64,000 nucleotides of DNA from Vitrella brassicaformis CCMP3155 (taxonomy: Eukaryota; Protista; Chromerida): NCBI GenBank assembly GCA_001179505.1, contig CDMY01000253.1, positions 62,001 through 126,000 of the forward strand, in the 5' to 3' direction. This document shows, piece after piece, positions 36,401 through 47,000 of the stretch. The position numbers and the translations under genes were made by a program. Below the pieces are notes generated by a model. That model saw only the letters and a program-made list of their open reading frames with translations. It made no database searches and was not told where the DNA came from. Position 1 is the first letter of the stretch, and every line of letters begins with the position of its first letter.

Positions 36401-38252
36401 GCACCAGCAGCAGCAGCAGCAGCAGCAGACGGCGAGTGGTGGTGAGCAGGAGTGCGGGCGGCAGGGCAACACCATGCTCTACACCACACTCATCAAGGGA
36501 TTCGCCAAAAGCAGACAGGTCCACACACACACACTTCGAGAAAGAGAGCTCATCTATGCGTGTGTCACGTCTTGTGTCGTGACCTCTGTCTGTATGTGTC
36601 TGTGTATGCCATCCATCCATTTAGACTGACCGTGCGATGGAGGTGTATGAGTCGATGAAGAGGGAGGGGGTGCCGCGCAACTCGGTGACGTTCAACTCAC
36701 TCCTCGACGCATGCGCTCGGTAGGTACACAGGGGAGGGCCACACACATCACATCCGCATACCATGGCTGACATCCATCCATCCACGGCTGCTGGTGTCTG
36801 TCTGGTCCTTTGGCCTTTCTGTGTGGCTGGCTGCAGGACTAACGACGGCCGGCTGAATGACGTCCTGCAGGTAGCTGGACACCTATCCCTCCCTCCATCC
36901 ATCCATCGATGCTGAGGACCATGGTGTGTCTCTCTCCTTGTTGCTCCACAGGACATGGTGGCTTGTAAGATCGAGCCCGACCTGATCACCTACTCCATCC
37001 TAATCAAAGGCAACTGCGAAAACGGAAAGCTCGACCGGTACCTAACACAACACAACACACACACACACACGTGTTCCCGCTCGCCCTTACGTCTCTCCCT
37101 GTGTGTGTGTCTGTGTGTGATGCCATGCCATCAATCGGGTCCACAGTGCGGTTGAGTTGCTTTACAGTATGAAGGCCAAGGGCTTCGTGCCCGACGAGAT
37201 TGTGTACAACTCGCTGCTCAAGGGCTGCTCACACGCGGGAGACGTGGCGCTCGCCGAGAAGCTGCTCGAGGACCTCGCCAGAGACGAAATCAGACCCTCT
37301 AACGTCACATTCTCAATACTGGTGCGTGCGGACTCTGTGCTGTGTGGGGCGGGCAGGGCAGGGCAGGCGAGACACACAAAAAGGGTTGTGTGATTTGTGA
37401 TATGTGTGTGTGCAGGTGAAGATGTATGGCCGCCTGCGTCTCGTCGAGGAGGCCTTCCAGACCGTCCAGGAGGTGGGTACGCAAGAGTGGCACACAACAC
37501 GCCCACCCCACAGCCTCTCTCCGTGGCCAATCTCATCTCATCTCGTCTGGTGTGTATGACCATTGAGTGCCCATCCATCAGATGAGGGAGGTGTATCAGC
37601 TGCAGCCTGGTGTGTTCGTGTACACGACCCTCATCCAGGCATGCGTCAGATCCACACACTTCAAGCGGGCCTTCGAGGTCTTCCAGGAGATGCAGATGAC
37701 CGGCGTCGAACCTGATGCAGTCACGTAAGCCACACACACACACACACACGCGCGTGTCTCAACTCGCAGGCATACACCAGAGGTCCGTCTCTTGTGTGTG
37801 TCAGGTTGGGTGCTTTGTTGCTGGGGTGCGTCCATGCCGGCCGTCTCGAAGTCGCTACTCAAATCGTTCAAATGTGCACAAATCCCCCCCTCCCTCCCTT
37901 ACACACACACCCATCCATTCATCTCCTTTCTTTCTCATGCGTATGTATGTATGTCAGGGCGTACGGTCTCCGTTCCCACGTGGAGCTCCAGTCTGCCGGG
38001 TACGACCTCCCCCCTCTGCGTCTCATCCCGCCCCCCCACAAGCCGGTGATCCCCTGGCTGCCCCTGCAGCCCGAGGTCATCAACAACATCATCGCCTCAT
38101 GCCAGCGCAACTGCAGACACGACCTGGCCGACGAGCTCGTCAAGGTCTGGCAGGAGCACGGCACACACACGGGGGACGACTGGCGCTGTGGGGCCAGGGG
38201 CGGCAGGGGTGGGGGCGGCATAAAGCGCTACGGCGTACACAACCGCGTATAA
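33446..38252 (+). CDS. P-type pentatricopeptide repeat (PPR) protein, ~17 repeats, hydrophobic N-terminus
   Basis: Repeats such as AVTYGTLINAFGQCGQLPACFELWDEMQRDGLQPT, LITYSILIKGNCENGKLDRAVELL and EIVYNSLLKGCSHAGDVALAEKLL. No DYW or SMR motif seen. Confidence 0.93.
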
Positions 38253-39186
38253 CTAACGGGCAGGGGGGCATAATGACACCCCAAACACCACACCACACCC
38301 CAAGCAGCACATGAATGTGTGTGTAAGGATCGATCCTTCTTGGAGAGCGAGTGGTGCATTGCATGCAGGTAGGTAGCCTCTGCCGTGTTCGGATGTCTCT
38401 GACTAAGGTAGATAAGGTCGGAGGGGAGGGAGGGAGGGAGGGAGGGAGGGAGGGCGGGGCAACAATCTCAACGGTCCATTCTCTGTCGTCTGATTTGCCA
38501 TGACGGGTGGGTGTGTTGTGAGCTGTGAGTGAGTGTGGGTATGCATAACGAGTGCAAGGCAAGGCAGTGCGTGTGTGTTGGTGCATGATCATGATGTATG
38601 GCGGACACACACACACACACACAGAGTTTTGCTTTCTCTGCCCTTCCACCCATCCACACACACCTGATGGAGACTGCGTGTGCTGCAGTGCTGTGGTTTA
38701 TTGGCGTGGGCAGACTAACGTTTATCGACCTGGCTGGACTGAGGAACGGACGGATGACACATAGGCGTTCATGCGCTCGTGCGAATGGGAATGGCATTTT
38801 CGGTCCGAACACATTCCACCCACCCATCAGATTGGCTCACACGCAGAAGAGATAAGGCAAGGCTCAAAAAGTTCGACCCACAAACCGCCCTATCTCACAA
38901 CCAAATGCAGCGGGCAGCTCAGCAAGGAAGTCAATCGGTCCGGACCTTCTTAGCCCAGCCCGGACACGCAAAGGCTCAGCCCCGCCCGCAGTCAGACGGA
39001 AAAAGAGGCAGCAAAGGGAGGGAGGGATACACTCACACCACACACACGGACAAATCGGCCACAGCATGACATCACGGAGGATGCATCAAGGAAATGCAGC
39101 AAAACCCTTCACGGCTGCATGAGCACAATTGACTCTATTCCCCGGCTCCCTCTCCACCTCCCCCACCCACCACCCCATATGGCTAT

Positions 39187-40101
39187 CTATCCCGTTTCCC
39201 CTTTGTCGGCGCGCTTCAGTCGGCGCACGTTGTCCATGGCCTCCTCCACCGTCATGCCAACCGAGAAGAACCCATGACCCTTCCGAATATACACGCGGTA
39301 CTCCGGGTATGGGTATGCCTCCGTCAGCTCCTCGAGTGCGGTTAGATCTTCCGGCGTTGAGAAGAGGGTCTCGTGTTTGCTGATGGGCAGCCCGTTGAGG
39401 AGTGCGTCCGCCTCGCTGCTGAACATGTGCCCGTGGATAGCCACACGAGGCATGATGTGGTCCTTGTGGCCGACGGCCTCCTTCCCCTCTCCCTCGCCCG
39501 TCCCGTTGTTCATCAGTGCCGCGTAGAGCAGCGGTGTGTCGCTCGTGGGCTTCTCGGCAGGCGTCATGGACAGGTAGTGCACTCGCCACTCCTGGCGATC
39601 GAATCCCACGACGATCACAAAATCCCCCTGGTCGATGCTCGGCCGATGATGTGCGGGCTTGCCCGACTTGGTCACGACCAGAACGGTCCCATACCCCTCC
39701 AGCGGAGTGTCGGTGAGGTGCTCGTGAGTGACGATGAATGCCGCGTTGCCCCCCACGAGCCCATCGGGCAGAATGGGCATGCAACCCGCTCTCTCCAGCT
39801 CAACGAGGGCGTCGGCGAGCTCCCCTGCCAGTCCGATGAAGGAAGGGTTTGCCTTCACCGCTCCGGGAATGTCCCCCACTCGCTCCACCTTAAATTTGAC
39901 GCGAGGTCCCCCCATAGTAAGCAGAACCTCCTCTTTGGACGTCATGTGGTCTAGATACCCAGCATACACTGGCGGGCGGCGCTCCCGCAGTTCGCTTCCA
40001 TGGTGGGGAAGTACCTGATCAATGAGCAACGCAACACACGAGGGGAATAGAGAGGAAAGTAACCTTACTGTTGTGTGTGTCCACCCCCAACGACATACCA
40101 T
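39187..40101 (-). CDS. Class II aldolase/adducin-fold protein (MtnB/FucA-like)
   Basis: GGNAAF, VTKSG, PTSDTPL, AIHGH and IRKGHGFF..G.TVEEA retain the D/E + HxH + H metal ligands. Start is either ATG 40101 (ATG|GTATGT, intron 40098-40015) or ATG 39945. Confidence 0.8.
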   Translation of the reverse strand: MVCRWGWTHTTVRLLSSLFPSCVALLIDQVLPHHGSELRERRPPVYAGYLDHMTSKEEVLLTMGGPRVKFKVERVGDIPGAVKANPSFIGLAGELADALVELERAGCMPILPDGLVGGNAAFIVTHEHLTDTPLEGYGTVLVVTKSGKPAHHRPSIDQGDFVIVVGFDRQEWRVHYLSMTPAEKPTSDTPLLYAALMNNGTGEGEGKEAVGHKDHIMPRVAIHGHMFSSEADALLNGLPISKHETLFSTPEDLTALEELTEAYPYPEYRVYIRKGHGFFSVGMTVEEAMDNVRRLKRADKGETG

Positions 40102-40345
40102 GCGATAGCTGCGAAGATGAAGATCAAGAAGATAGAAAAAAGAGTGCTCATAGTGGCCGGCTGGTTGACGGCAACTTGTGTTGTGTGGGGCTGCTTGAAG
40201 AACTGCGAGTAACAGAGAATGTGATGATGACCTTCTTCGCCGTGATGCGAGCTCAAATTTAAACTGGGAGCTCAATTCGCAGACCGGGAGCTCCGCTCCA
40301 CTCTGCCTGCACTAGGGTTCTGCAGGCTACTCAGCCCGCTTTGCA

Positions 40346-42151
40346 ATGAAACGGCGGTTGTCTGTCGGGCTTCCACTCGCACAGCTCTTCTTGCTGGTAC
40401 TATAGGTTCTCTCGGTCTCTCCCACGTGGATTGCATATCAATGATAGTTCTGTCATGTGCTGCCCGTCTGCAGGGCTGGCGCTTCGGCTGTTTGGCCCAG
40501 GATACAAATGTGACTGGAATGGGGAATGAGACGGCGGTGAATGCCAACTACTGGCTGACGGGGAAGGACCTCATTGACCCAAGCTGGAGCATGCCGTAGG
40601 AGCGTTCAAGGGCCCAGCCCTGACCGGGCCCATCGCATTCTTCGCATGTCATTGTTGTTGCATGTTTCTGCTGCTGCAGAGTGGCGGGCTGGGTGCGATT
40701 GAGTCGGCCGTGGAGGAGTCCCTCAACACATACGGGAAGTACCTTCTCGCCAACGCAGCTCTCACCAGATTCTCAGAGATATACAGAAACATCAGAGGTG
40801 TGTGCCGTGTGTCCCACACACACGTGAATGAACACCGCAAGCAGCCGTTGGCTTTGTTTGTCAGGGATGGATCCCGATTGTGATGCGAAGGGTGCGGTGT
40901 GTGCCTTCGTCTTTTCGCTGCGGGGGGCCGATGGCTCGAGCGGCGAATTCAAAGCACTCAACCCAAACAAATGCACACAGTCAGTAGGCCAAGAGTGAGG
41001 GAAGGCATTGCGGAGCTCTGGGATCACATACTTATGTGTCTCTGTGTCTCTTCGTATGTGTGAGTGACTGCAGGCGCTGCTGTGTGGTGCCGAGCTTCCG
41101 CGGCTCGTCTCCTTCTTCACTGCGCCTCCAGGGTCCGCCAGGCACCACACTGACCTTATTCGACAATCTGGAGTGCAAGACAGAGGAGCCTGAGCCAGGT
41201 AGCTCGGTACGTTAGGTCTCTCGCATCAGCCGGCGATCGATTGGCGTCGCGATGTGTGCCTTTCGGTCCTCGCTTCGCTCAGACGTTCTGAAGCTGCCGC
41301 GCCTTCAGTACCACTGGCGCATCGCTGCCAAGAGTGGGGAGTCTGACACGATCGAGCCCAACCTGATGGCAAACCACATGTGTCCGGAGTCACAGCCCAT
41401 CGACGTCAAGACGGCTTTGGGTGAGCTCAAGGCGCCCCTCTTCCCGCCCGCCGAGGAGCGGAAGCTTGAGTCAGTCAGGCCGCATCCACACAAACGAATG
41501 CAGGGATGGGCAGGCGAACACACACACACCATCATGTCTCTCTCTGTCCGTTCAGAAAGGTGTGGCATAACCTCGTCGACGCCTTGAACCTGCCAGTCGT
41601 TTATCGCTCCGACCAGATAATGCGTCTGTTTCGCGACCGCCCCACGAGACTTAAAGGACTTCACGCCATCCTCCACTGCACAGGGTAGCGCCGGCAAGAG
41701 AGAAGGGCCTCAGAGCACCTGGCAGACTTACAGACTAGTCTTGTGTGTGTGCAGGTTCCCCTTGAGTCGTGAGCAGTATGAGCAGCTGTACCTGACGTAT
41801 CTGCGCACCAATGAGAAGGCGCCCAAGGCCACCCTAGACCCGGCTGTGGCTGTGCTCAGCGAGTCGGGCAGACAGCAGGTGGCGAAGATCAACGAGGACC
41901 CCGACAAGTTTTTCGTCGACTACTTTGCCACCATGCTATATGACGAACCATCGCGGTCCAACCTTCGGGCCTCTGTGTGCTCCAAGTGCGACCAGCCGTG
42001 CGACATCGATTGTCGGCCGATGGAAAGGACGGTGCGGTCGGCGCTGTTTGGTCAGAGAGAGACGGGCGGGGGAGAGAGCGAAAGGATTGCTGTCGAGAAT
42101 AGGCCGAGTCAGCAGAAATTTGTGCAGATTGGTGCTAGGACGGAATTGTGA
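40346..42151 (+). CDS. Secreted Cys-containing hypothetical protein, divergent from the aldolase
   Basis: Signal peptide MKRRLSVGLPLAQLFLL|GWRFGCLA. Exons GMDPDCDAKGAVCAF, RCCVVPSF, KVWHNLVDAL, FPLSREQYEQL...CSKCDQPCDIDC. One junction (40596/40680) needs a non-standard acceptor. Confidence 0.7.
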
Positions 42152-42563
42152 TGGTGTATGTGGAATATAATGAGTGCACTCAATGGATTTTGAACATGAA
42201 AGAGTTATTTATTCAGATGAATGGATGAAATGCAACGAGACACGCACCACGATAGATGTCGTTAAGTCTACTGAGACACAGAACAAATAGTACACACACA
42301 AATGCTACACGACTATCGACATCGGACGACCTACTTACCGCCTAGCGCACTCACTGCATTCCTCTTACAATGAATGTCACAATAATAATGGCACAAAATC
42401 AATCAGACAGATCAAGCGCCCTATGCAAAGGCCAGATCGATTTGATTTACATCCGGTATCACTGGCACACGCCACCGACCCGCCGAGCACATGACATACG
42501 CCACATCGCCCTTGTCACCCTTATCAGCACTCGTCGGCTTCCCATTGCTCACAGAACTCCACG

Positions 42564-44051
42564 TTATCCGGCCCGCCTCAATGGCCACCCACGTCCCCTC
42601 ACCGTATAAACGGTTTGGCAGAACTTCTTCCCTCCCCTATGGCCGGTCGACTCGAGGATCTGAGGGGGATTTTGGCCTTTCCAGCAGTTGGCTGGATCGC
42701 AGCGCCCAGGACCCCACACTGCGTATCGGTTGGCACGTGGAAGCGACTTGCGCACTCTCTTCTTAAATATATCACACGAGGCTCCAAAAGGCAGGCCGGC
42801 GATGGTGGCCTCGGGATGAGCTCGAAAGTAGGCCAGCATGGGTGAGCTCATGATCGGGCCTCCCTTGCCGTGGCCAACCTCCTGCTTCGTGGGGACGAAC
42901 CCAACAAGACCGCCCACCGGTTGCCGTGAGGAGCCTCCCAGTGTGATGAAGGCTGAATCGGTCGGCATGCCAGGTGCAAGAGACACCGCACTAGAGAGCT
43001 CTAGGGATGAAGAGGCCCCCTTTCCATCAGCAGAAGAGGATTGCGTCTCGTAGGGGTATTGAAGGACGTATGCCGGTGAGCCTCTACTGACATCCAGCCA
43101 CCGTAGCTGCTCCATAAAAAAAGAGAGGGGCGTCCGGCGATCTAAGCTGAGGACGGGCGGATAATCGCCGTCTCTTCTCCTCTGCGCCTCGTTGTCCAGG
43201 CCTTCCGAGTGCGGTGACACTTGCCGCGTTCTCCTTCCGCTTGTCAGCCTTGTCCCGCTGTCCGTCTCTCTGTCGATGGCACCATACTTTCTGATCTCTG
43301 AGCGAGATTCATGCCCCACGGCTTCTCCGTTCAAGCCAGCATGTGCAAGTGAGCTTTCGGGTGGTGGGACGGTCACATCCGCGCCGTATGCATTCTCGTT
43401 GAAGTCCTGATATGGAGACACTTCCCCTTCTTTTCGTGTCTTCTTCTCCTTCAGCATGGCAGCCGATAAGCGCAACACTGGTGGTACGTGGACTGGTCGG
43501 GAGGGGACAAAAACAGCTGTGGGAGGAAGTGTCGCCGTCGACGCTTCCTCCGGCCTCCAGAGGACTCCATGCACCGAGAGTGATGGGTCGCCTGTCGCGC
43601 GTGGCCTTCCTGGGACAGACGGCTGCATCTGCTGCATCCGTGTGAAGCGGGATCGAAGGCCCTCAAGTTCAGTCAGCATGTTCTCCTCCCAACTCACTGC
43701 TGCGGCGCCTTCAGCAGTCAGTTGATGGGCGTCTTGAAGCCCAAAGCCACCCAGACCCAATAGTACAGACGATGAGCTGTTGGATGTGTCATGTGACTCG
43801 GTCATGGCAGCGAGAGGCCGCACTTCCACAGAGCAGTGGCTGGACCACAAACGACTCGTCGACGAGTCGTTGCTGCGGGATGAAGAAGACGAGAAGAAGC
43901 TTCTCAGGTGCTGCAGACCCAGAAGGGAGGCAAGGGGCGTCTCTTGCTCACTTCTATACGTCTCATGGATGTCCAGTTGGCTTCCTCTGCCACTTTGACA
44001 CACCCACACTTTGACGCTGCGCTCGTGTGGCTCAGGGGAAGGCTGTGCCAT
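42564..44051 (-). CDS. Intronless hypothetical ORF, possibly the frameshifted C-terminal part of the upstream sushi gene
   Basis: ~495-codon open frame. Ser/Pro-rich, then a globular Cys tail (WGPGRCDPANCWKG...KKFCQT). ATG lies only ~26 nt after the upstream stop at 44077. Confidence 0.6.
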   Translation of the reverse strand: MAQPSPEPHERSVKVWVCQSGRGSQLDIHETYRSEQETPLASLLGLQHLRSFFSSSSSRSNDSSTSRLWSSHCSVEVRPLAAMTESHDTSNSSSSVLLGLGGFGLQDAHQLTAEGAAAVSWEENMLTELEGLRSRFTRMQQMQPSVPGRPRATGDPSLSVHGVLWRPEEASTATLPPTAVFVPSRPVHVPPVLRLSAAMLKEKKTRKEGEVSPYQDFNENAYGADVTVPPPESSLAHAGLNGEAVGHESRSEIRKYGAIDRETDSGTRLTSGRRTRQVSPHSEGLDNEAQRRRDGDYPPVLSLDRRTPLSFFMEQLRWLDVSRGSPAYVLQYPYETQSSSADGKGASSSLELSSAVSLAPGMPTDSAFITLGGSSRQPVGGLVGFVPTKQEVGHGKGGPIMSSPMLAYFRAHPEATIAGLPFGASCDIFKKRVRKSLPRANRYAVWGPGRCDPANCWKGQNPPQILESTGHRGGKKFCQTVYTVRGRGWPLRRAG

Positions 44052-44076
44052 CGGCAAGAGCTCCGGTGCCGAGCTG

Positions 44077-47000
44077 TCATTGTCTCTCCGAACCAATGCG
44101 AACTGGCCGCACGGCCTCCGTCCGGTTTGTCTCTTGCTGCGGGTAATCCATCAGCTCAAGTGTCTCTTTCCCGTCCCTGCCGACTGTCTCCGCCACAAAC
44201 ACGACCCCCAGAGGTCGGTCTGTGCCGTTGTCGAAGAGCCGTGAAAGAGAGGTTGTTGCCGTCTCGTCGGTCTCGTCGCTGGCGTGAAGCGGAAAGACGC
44301 TTTGTGACAGGAGCGCAAGGGCCGACAGGAGAGGCGGCAAAGGGGTGGGGGATGAAGGCCCGCCGGCATCCGCTGAAGGGTCATGCTCTAGCCTCGCATC
44401 GGCGTCGAGACCCGACGTGTGCTTGTGCCTGTGGCTTTTGACAGATGAATGCCACAACGCAACCTCTTGGTCCACTTGACGGGCCAGAGCCACCTGCCGT
44501 CCTTCAGCGTCAATAAAGCTCGGCCACACGATGATTGGGTGAATGCCGACCAGCCGTCTCAAGCCATCCTCGTAGCTCTCGTCGGTGAGTACAGCGTCGC
44601 TCTCCCTCTGGACGAAAGCATGAGCCGCCACGCTCGGATTGAAGTGATGAAGACAATTGGGGTTGCCCAGTCGATTGAACTCCTGAGCTGGGTTGGCGCA
44701 GACGTTCGTGTCTGGGAAGTCGATTTCCGTCACCGCGGCGATTTCTTCATCTTCTTGGATGAATGAGCTGCTGGATCCCGTGGCGGTGAAAAGGCCCCGG
44801 GAGTCGCACTTGGCTGAGCGCGGCTGCGGGCCGAAGAGCGTGCGCCGCAGCATGGCTGACGCATACATGTCAAAGGAAGCCCTGCATCCCACTGCAAGGC
44901 AAGGCACCCACAGACAGAGAGCATCCAAGTCTGTGTGGATCTTGTGTCTCTGTGTCTGTCTTTGTGTCTGACTGCTCACTGCTGCATCTGATAGGCAGCT
45001 CGGTCCACCTTCCATCTCTGCAGTGCATCTGGCCGACCAGTGACTGGTGCAGAGTGTCGTAGAATAGGAAGTTGAAGCTTTCGTCCAGCATGGGGGCGAG
45101 CCTCGACGCCCAGTCGCACACCACAAGATGCACGTCACCAGGCTAACACAAACTCACAGAAGAGACAAGAACATGCAACAACCACACACTCTTAGCGCAA
45201 CTCACCTTTCTAGCCATTAGGTGTTTGTCTTTCTCGGGCATCGCCATGGCCTTCATTCTCAACACATTGGTGGTGGCGATGTCCTCCTGGAATATCGACT
45301 GGATCACCTGGTAAGGCGACAGAGCACCAAACATATCTTCACACGTCGCCTTGGCACACTTGTCAAGATCAGGCCGCGGGCCAAAAAGCGCGCTCTCCTC
45401 CATGTCCATCTGCAGCAATGTCAGCCCTTTCTTCTCATTCTCCAGCTCTTCATTGACCATAGCTTCGAGCTGCTTGCCCTCTTTGCTCTTGGCGTCCACC
45501 TCCTTCCTGACCGTCTCGTTAGCCTCTTTCCTGACATCGGGGGATTTTGCCTTGAAGGCTTCCGGAGGCTCGGTGAACTTGGAGGCGGTCTTGTTCTCCC
45601 TGGCGCTTCTCACGGCGCTGAACTCCGTGTATGGGTAGCAGATGTCCTGCTTGTTGAGCGCACCCAGATTGTGTCGATAGGCGATGCACAGATCTCGAAG
45701 GGCCTCAGTGATGGGAGGGCACACCTCTGGAAGGGAGAGGAAAAAGGCGAAACATACATGTGGATGACAATATGAGATAGATGCATGAGTGCTCGCTCGT
45801 TTACTCTGGCATGTGATGGTTGCGGTTGTCCATGTGCCATCCCTGCAGGTGACGATGCTGAATTTCTCCTGGGTCAGCTTATCCAGCTCCACCCCGTCGT
45901 TCTCCACAGCCCAGTAACCCATTCGATGGCCTTTCATCTTACCCCCACGAGGCCTGTACCGACAAACGAACGAGGCAAAGCTAGCTAGCGTCAACAACTT
46001 TCCTCCTGCGCATCTATGTCACTCACCCACCTTTCGGGATCGCATGAGACCCTTCTGGTGATGCCATGCGGAAGTGTGGGCTCTAGGAGTCCTGCTGCGA
46101 CCCCCACATGTTGGGGAATGTGGGGCCGAAGCACGTAGCCCCGAGCTGCAGCCATCGGGAATTCAGCGCACCGACCTGCCAGACAAAAAGACAGACGGCC
46201 GATCCTGAAGGTGGTTTGCTTGGCGTGTCGTGTGTGGGTTTCTCTGCATATATTACGGAAACATCTCAGCTGCCTTCCAGTCCAGTGTCCATCGTCACAC
46301 GCAACGATGTCGACAGGGTCGATCTTGTTCCAGTTGAGCTCTAAGTTGTCTACCTCCTCGCCGATCCACGGCCGAGTGTACTCCTCTGCGTCACCCGACA
46401 TGCGCTGAAGGTCCTGCATACAAAGACACCCACAGCACGAAGGGAGTGATGCGCATGTGCGCAGGCCGTGCGTGAGTGAGTCTGCTTGACATACCGCGGA
46501 GTGTGTCTTCATGCATTTGATCCTCCGTTGGCTGGCGTGGTAGACGGTCTCGTCGGGGCTGTACGTCTCCTTGTCCAGCAGCTCGTACCCCCGATCCTCC
46601 GTCATGTTGAGTGCCACACGCGCGTCGGCACTGCACACCCCTGGTGGTGAGACAGACACACGAAATCGACGGTTGTGCCTCTGAACGTCTGGTTTGTCTG
46701 TGTGCAGCCTCAATTATGACGTTTGCAGTTGAGTGGCATGAGGTTGGTCTTTGCGATGGATGGGATGGTCCAGTTGCCGTCGTAGCAGGTGAAGGTCATG
46801 TATGCCGAGGGGTTGCCGTCGTGGAAGTACATGCGGTCGGTGCTTCACTGGATCTCCACACGCGCATTGTGGATCGCTGGCACCTCCCACTTGTGGATCT
46901 TCAACTCGTGCACAGCTGTAGGAGAGAGAGACATGATATGGGAACGCCCTCCCGTTATTGTCTTCTCCTACGTGTTGGTTTGTACGGCTGTCCAGGTGAG

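Noticed and set aside
38425-38455. (GAGG)n, (GACT)n, (GTCT)n and (CA)n runs as mobile-element or regulatory signals
   Set aside because: Ordinary microsatellites found throughout the window. No TIRs, LTRs, TSDs, transposase or RT motifs seen.
39951-40151. Membrane-anchored class II aldolase (TM exon fused to the enzyme)
   Set aside because: The hydrophobic exon splices in phase 2 into a frame that stops at 39951, so it is not in frame with the aldolase. It is reported instead as a uORF.
46845-46847. Selenocysteine: UGA exactly at a conserved sushi Cys
   Set aside because: The same gene also has two TAG stops, a frameshift and other Cys losses, so TGC/TGT>TGA decay is simpler. I recognised no SECIS by eye (a SECISearch run would settle it).
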